From positions 434,001 through 498,000 of the forward strand of contig JBEUKZ010000016.1 in NCBI GenBank assembly GCA_048128005.1: DNA of 64,000 nucleotides, written 5' to 3'. Made by a program: the position numbers and the translations under genes. The notes below the pieces were generated by a model. That model saw only the letters and a list, made by a program, of their open reading frames with translations. It did not search any database and was not told where the DNA came from. The stretch is from Veleropilina oligotropha. Taxonomy: Eukaryota. Shown here in pieces: positions 61,501 to 64,000 of this stretch; positions within the stretch are counted from its first letter, which is position 1; the number at the start of each line of letters is the position of its first letter.

Positions 61501-62921
61501 ATTTTTAAAAATGAAATGAAAATAAAAATGTTACCCTGTGGCGTCTCATTGGATACGTACGTGTATCCTGTTCGCTATGTCATTTTCAACGCTCACATGA
61601 TAAACGTACGTCTCAAACTCGCCGCCCCAGGATAATGTATAATATCAGGACATGACCATATTTTCACGAGAGGAAATCTTAGCCAAGACAGCGAAAACCT
61701 GCCCACACAGGTAAATGATGGACGGCTGTCATCATTAACTCCATAAAGTGCCCTGGCAAGGATTCAAACCCACTCATGTGAAGCATACCAACCAGGTGCG
61801 TGAAATGTGATCCACAATTTTATCTATTGACACACCGGATGGACTTTTAAAAAAGCGAGGTAATGATAGATGGAAAATACTTCAATTTCAGTTCACGAAA
61901 AAATAATTTATCATCACAGAATTACAGGTGACAAGTTATTGAAATATTAACAAACAGTGGTTATGTAATAGATAACACTCTGCCACCCTGAGCGATATTA
62001 GGCATAATGTTGCACGAGGCGTTATGTGGATATCGCTGAGGGGTATCGATCAGCGTATTATCAGTCGTATATACCATGAAAAGCTATTGTAAATTTAAAA
62101 GCTGTAAAAAAAAACGTTAAATCATGGAATTGCCCATGAAAAAAAAAGGAAAGGAAAGAATCGATGCTTAATGTCCTGTATATTTCCAACCATCAGTTGG
62201 TTCTTAATGTCCTGTATATTTCCAACCATCGTTTGGTTCAAACCAGGACATGTCCGTATTATTGCTGGAGGAAAGCCCTGTCGCCCGGGTAAACCCGCCC
62301 TCTGCGAGAAGTCAAGGACAACTGTGAATAATAATTTGAACAAATGTGTGAACCCACTACTGTTCGCGTCAGCGAAATAAAGTCAGTGATTTTCGGAATC
62401 CACAACCGTACCACTGCACTGTCGAAGCGGCCGAATTGACCATGATATCGCGCTCATGGGGTGATATGAAGCTGTGGACTCTTCCAAAGAAAAGAATCTG
62501 GCATGTTGTCAAATCATTTGTTTAGGCCAACTGCTAGTGCATCCAGAGTTCATCTCATTGTTTGGGCAATTACCCGGAGCAATGGAGAAACATGAAACAA
62601 GAGTCCCATTGTTCAGATATGAAGCTCATATGGTATGTATTATCAGACATCAAGATCCATCATAATGAAGATTAAGTTATAAACAAGTGGCTCAATCACA
62701 TATATCATACATGAGGAAACCAATCATGGAATCAATCCTGCAGAGAAAATATAGTCCCGAAAGATTGACACTATAAACTTAACGTTCTCGCGATCGTTCA
62801 TAGCACTAACCAGGACCGGTAGGAGTCTGCTGCCGGTGTCTTCCCCGATTCCGCTGACGGAGTCTCCGCCGATACAAGCAAACTGCAGCTATTATAATAC
62901 ATATTCCTGCAAATACTGCTC
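37547..62921 (-). CDS. Host multi-exon membrane protein, 3' portion (5' exons not identified, probably beyond the window): exons 62921-62811 (TM), 60530-60477, 57216-57145, 45861-45562 (FN3), 43038-42982, 42367-42122 (Ig-like), 39801-39709, 38805-38755, 37608-37547 (stop)
   Basis: Eight internal exons with polypyrimidine-AG and GT borders, all phase 1-1 with lengths 111, 54, 72, 300, 57, 246, 93, 51 nt, splice into one open frame. FN3 motifs YRIQL and PGHIYRVEV; Ig motif LVIQGIEASDEGEY. Confidence 0.75.
38150..38600 (+). repeat. Tandem ~120-bp repeat element (family E); second copy ~63066-63625
   Basis: Units aggtcgcagtgacctacttt...gacgcatacacacatcaagtttcgtgtccctcggtcaaatagtatggg. Confidence 0.7.
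38920..39510 (+). pseudogene. Highly degenerate non-LTR retrotransposon (RTE-like) ORF fragment
   Basis: Broken frames with WIEHFKKLLG and a downstream NYRG-like motif. Confidence 0.4.
46147..49042 (+). mobile_element. Probable solo LTR (~1.3 kb) interrupted by a LINE
   Basis: Ends TGTAAC...GTTACG; ATGTA on both flanks (46142-46146, 49043-49047); AATAAA near 48977; internal caggacgagcggtcctta repeats on both sides of the LINE. Confidence 0.6.
47015..48569 (+). mobile_element. 5'-truncated LINE (CR1/L2-group) with frameshifted reverse transcriptase
   Basis: NYRPISLTS, LDFSKAFDKV, PQGSVL, LFADN, KYLGV and SFFPRTICDWN in three frames; (AAG)n tail; TAA on both flanks. Confidence 0.9.
49374..53205. 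mobile_element. Degenerate TIR DNA transposon (CCC...GGG ends, EnSpm-like subterminal repeats) with transposase-like remnants at ~50550-50980 and ~51730-52220
   Basis: Ends cccaaacaaaaa / tttttgtttggg; arrays of GCGAGCTCGC at both ends; broken ORFs with TMSDR and DNRFNAFF. Confidence 0.6.
50994..51728 (+). mobile_element. Complete HINE/Helentron-associated-like element, family C, ~179-bp tandem units; second copy from ~63681 to the window end
   Basis: Head aaactagaaatgtgtccatcggacacg, 3+ tandem units, (GGAC)n microsatellite, terminal hairpin atgccacc...ggtggcat followed by aaaaa. Confidence 0.8.
53639..55171 (+). mobile_element. Tc1-family transposon, apparently intact
   Basis: Perfect TIR (TA)CTGAGTCAAAAAAGAAACTTCACA at both ends within TA runs; exact ends ambiguous by a TA. 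Confidence 0.95.
53939..54949 (+). CDS. Tc1-like DD34E transposase, 336 aa
   Basis: Paired-like HTH, GRPR, VFSDESRF, FQHDNA, WPSRSPDLNPIE; 34 residues between the second D and E. Confidence 0.96.
   Translation: MPRLSNVQRERAVGMLHAGRSVIDVARAMGCSRRTVYDLRIRLQETGTTSDRPRSGRPRVTSRAEDRYIVLRHLRDRFLPAARTRAEMFRGRLSSQTIRNRLRAANLHPRRPYRGPIFTPFHRRQRLLWAQRHLRWTQRDWNRVVFSDESRFTLRFADGRHRVWRRRRERYAQCCVQEVDIFGGGSCMVWGAFCGNNHSRLLVIRGNITAAAYRDQVLTPELVPFMAAHGPGLHFQHDNALPHTAMLTRNFLQNAGINVMDWPSRSPDLNPIEHVWDALGRRLRGLRHQPQNLQELGAALQEQWRRIPNHVFTNIRRSMRRWCLAVVNARDGHTRY
55243..55444 (+). mobile_element. Second tRNA-derived SINE-like element
   Basis: tRNA-like head with gtgttcaagccc B-box; tail gttaaacatcaattcatcatcat. 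Confidence 0.5.
57455..58128 (+). repeat. HINE-like element, family D, ~158-bp tandem units
   Basis: Four aaaatgaccttgacctttgacccag unit starts, then a GACG microsatellite and a gccc..cgggc hairpin. Confidence 0.75.
58538..60335. repeat. 31-bp satellite, 58 copies, embedded in a family-A SINE
   Basis: Unit GAGATTTGAT(C/T variants)CCCACTACTGTTCGTG(A/T)CATT; 1798 bp = 58 x 31; SINE sequence continues on both sides. Confidence 0.97.
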
Positions 62922-64000
62922 CTGAAATTAATAGGAAATGATCAACTACATCAATGCCAAAATGAACATCAACCGATGTGACACGGCAAGGTAGTCATGT
63001 GTCATAATGTGTATCACTCAACCAAATTATATACATTTATATGTTTTACTACTAAGAACAAGACAAACTAGAGGTTTCACAGGAGTGATCATATATGCCC
63101 CCATAAAAGCTCTTGACCCATAAACATTAATCAGGCATTCATATAGTGACCTATTTTTGGTACCCGACGTATACACACATCAAGTTTCATGTCCATCAGT
63201 CAAATAGTATGGGAGATATGAAGCGGACTGGAATTTTGGACAAAATACGTACGGTCAAGCTTGAAAAGGTCGCGGTGACCTACTTTCAGTACATGGTGGT
63301 GTTTTTGGCAAGTGACACATTTTTTAGTTATGACGCATACACAAATCTAGTTTCGTGTCCCTCAGTCAAATAGTATGGGAGATATAGAGCAGAAGGCAAT
63401 TTTGAACCAAATGTGGTCTAGCCCGAAAATTAGGTCGCAGTGACCTAGTTTTGGTATGCGACAAACCATTGGGTTAAGACGCATACACCCTTCAAGCTTC
63501 GTGTCCCTCAGTCAAGTAGTATGGGAAATATCGATCGCAAGAGAACTTTGGTCCAAATGCGGTCAAGCTTGCGGCTAAGCCCGAAACTAGGTCACAGTGA
63601 TCTACTTTCGGTACGTGACACATGTTTGGGGCCTATACAATGGTTGTCACATCTCAAGATGGCAAGCAGAACGTAAAATTAAACTAGAAATGTGTCCATC
63701 GGACACGAATGCCCCCACTGGCAGCCTTGACCATAGGGGCAGCAAAGATCGTTTTGTGGAGTTATTTACAGACAATCAATGGCATGGGTGAGTCGTAGAA
63801 GGGAAGTACGATTGATGATAAGCAAGTGTATGAAGTATCAAGTCAATCCATGAAGGCAGATGTTAGTTATATCAGAATGGAGTTACTTGCATGCAATTAC
63901 TGGTCCGAAAAGCTAAATCATTTGACCTTGGGCATAGGGACGACATGGGTGGGTCACAAAAGGGAAGTATGAATGATGGTAAGGAAGTATATATAAACTA

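Overview
AT-rich, repeat-dense animal (probably marine invertebrate) genomic DNA, not prokaryotic. The dominant feature is a complete, visibly GC-richer endogenous Polinton/Maverick-like DNA virus at 3664-31588. It has ~152-bp terminal inverted repeats starting AGCAGCAG and a 5-bp TSD (TCAAG), and encodes a retroviral-type integrase, an A32/FtsK-type packaging ATPase, putative major and minor capsid proteins and many small membrane proteins. I could not find an adenain-type maturation protease. Its replication gene is one ~1277-aa ORF (Rho-N-like HEH, OTU-like Cys/His domain, divergent family-B polymerase, SF1 helicase, HNH nuclease), split in frame by a 12.1-kb CACTA-type transposon (6394-18540, TSD GAT). 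That transposon carries a spliced SAM-like cargo gene and nested MITEs. Without the insertion the virus is ~15.8 kb. The right half holds nine minus-strand exons of a host membrane-protein gene in which FN3 and Cys-less Ig-like domains follow the TM helix. Its introns contain an intact Tc1 (DD34E) transposon, a LINE nested in a probable solo LTR, Helentron-associated tandem-repeat elements, tRNA-SINEs, and a 58 x 31-bp satellite grown from the B-box of a SINE. All protein family calls come from motif reading by eye; no searches were run.
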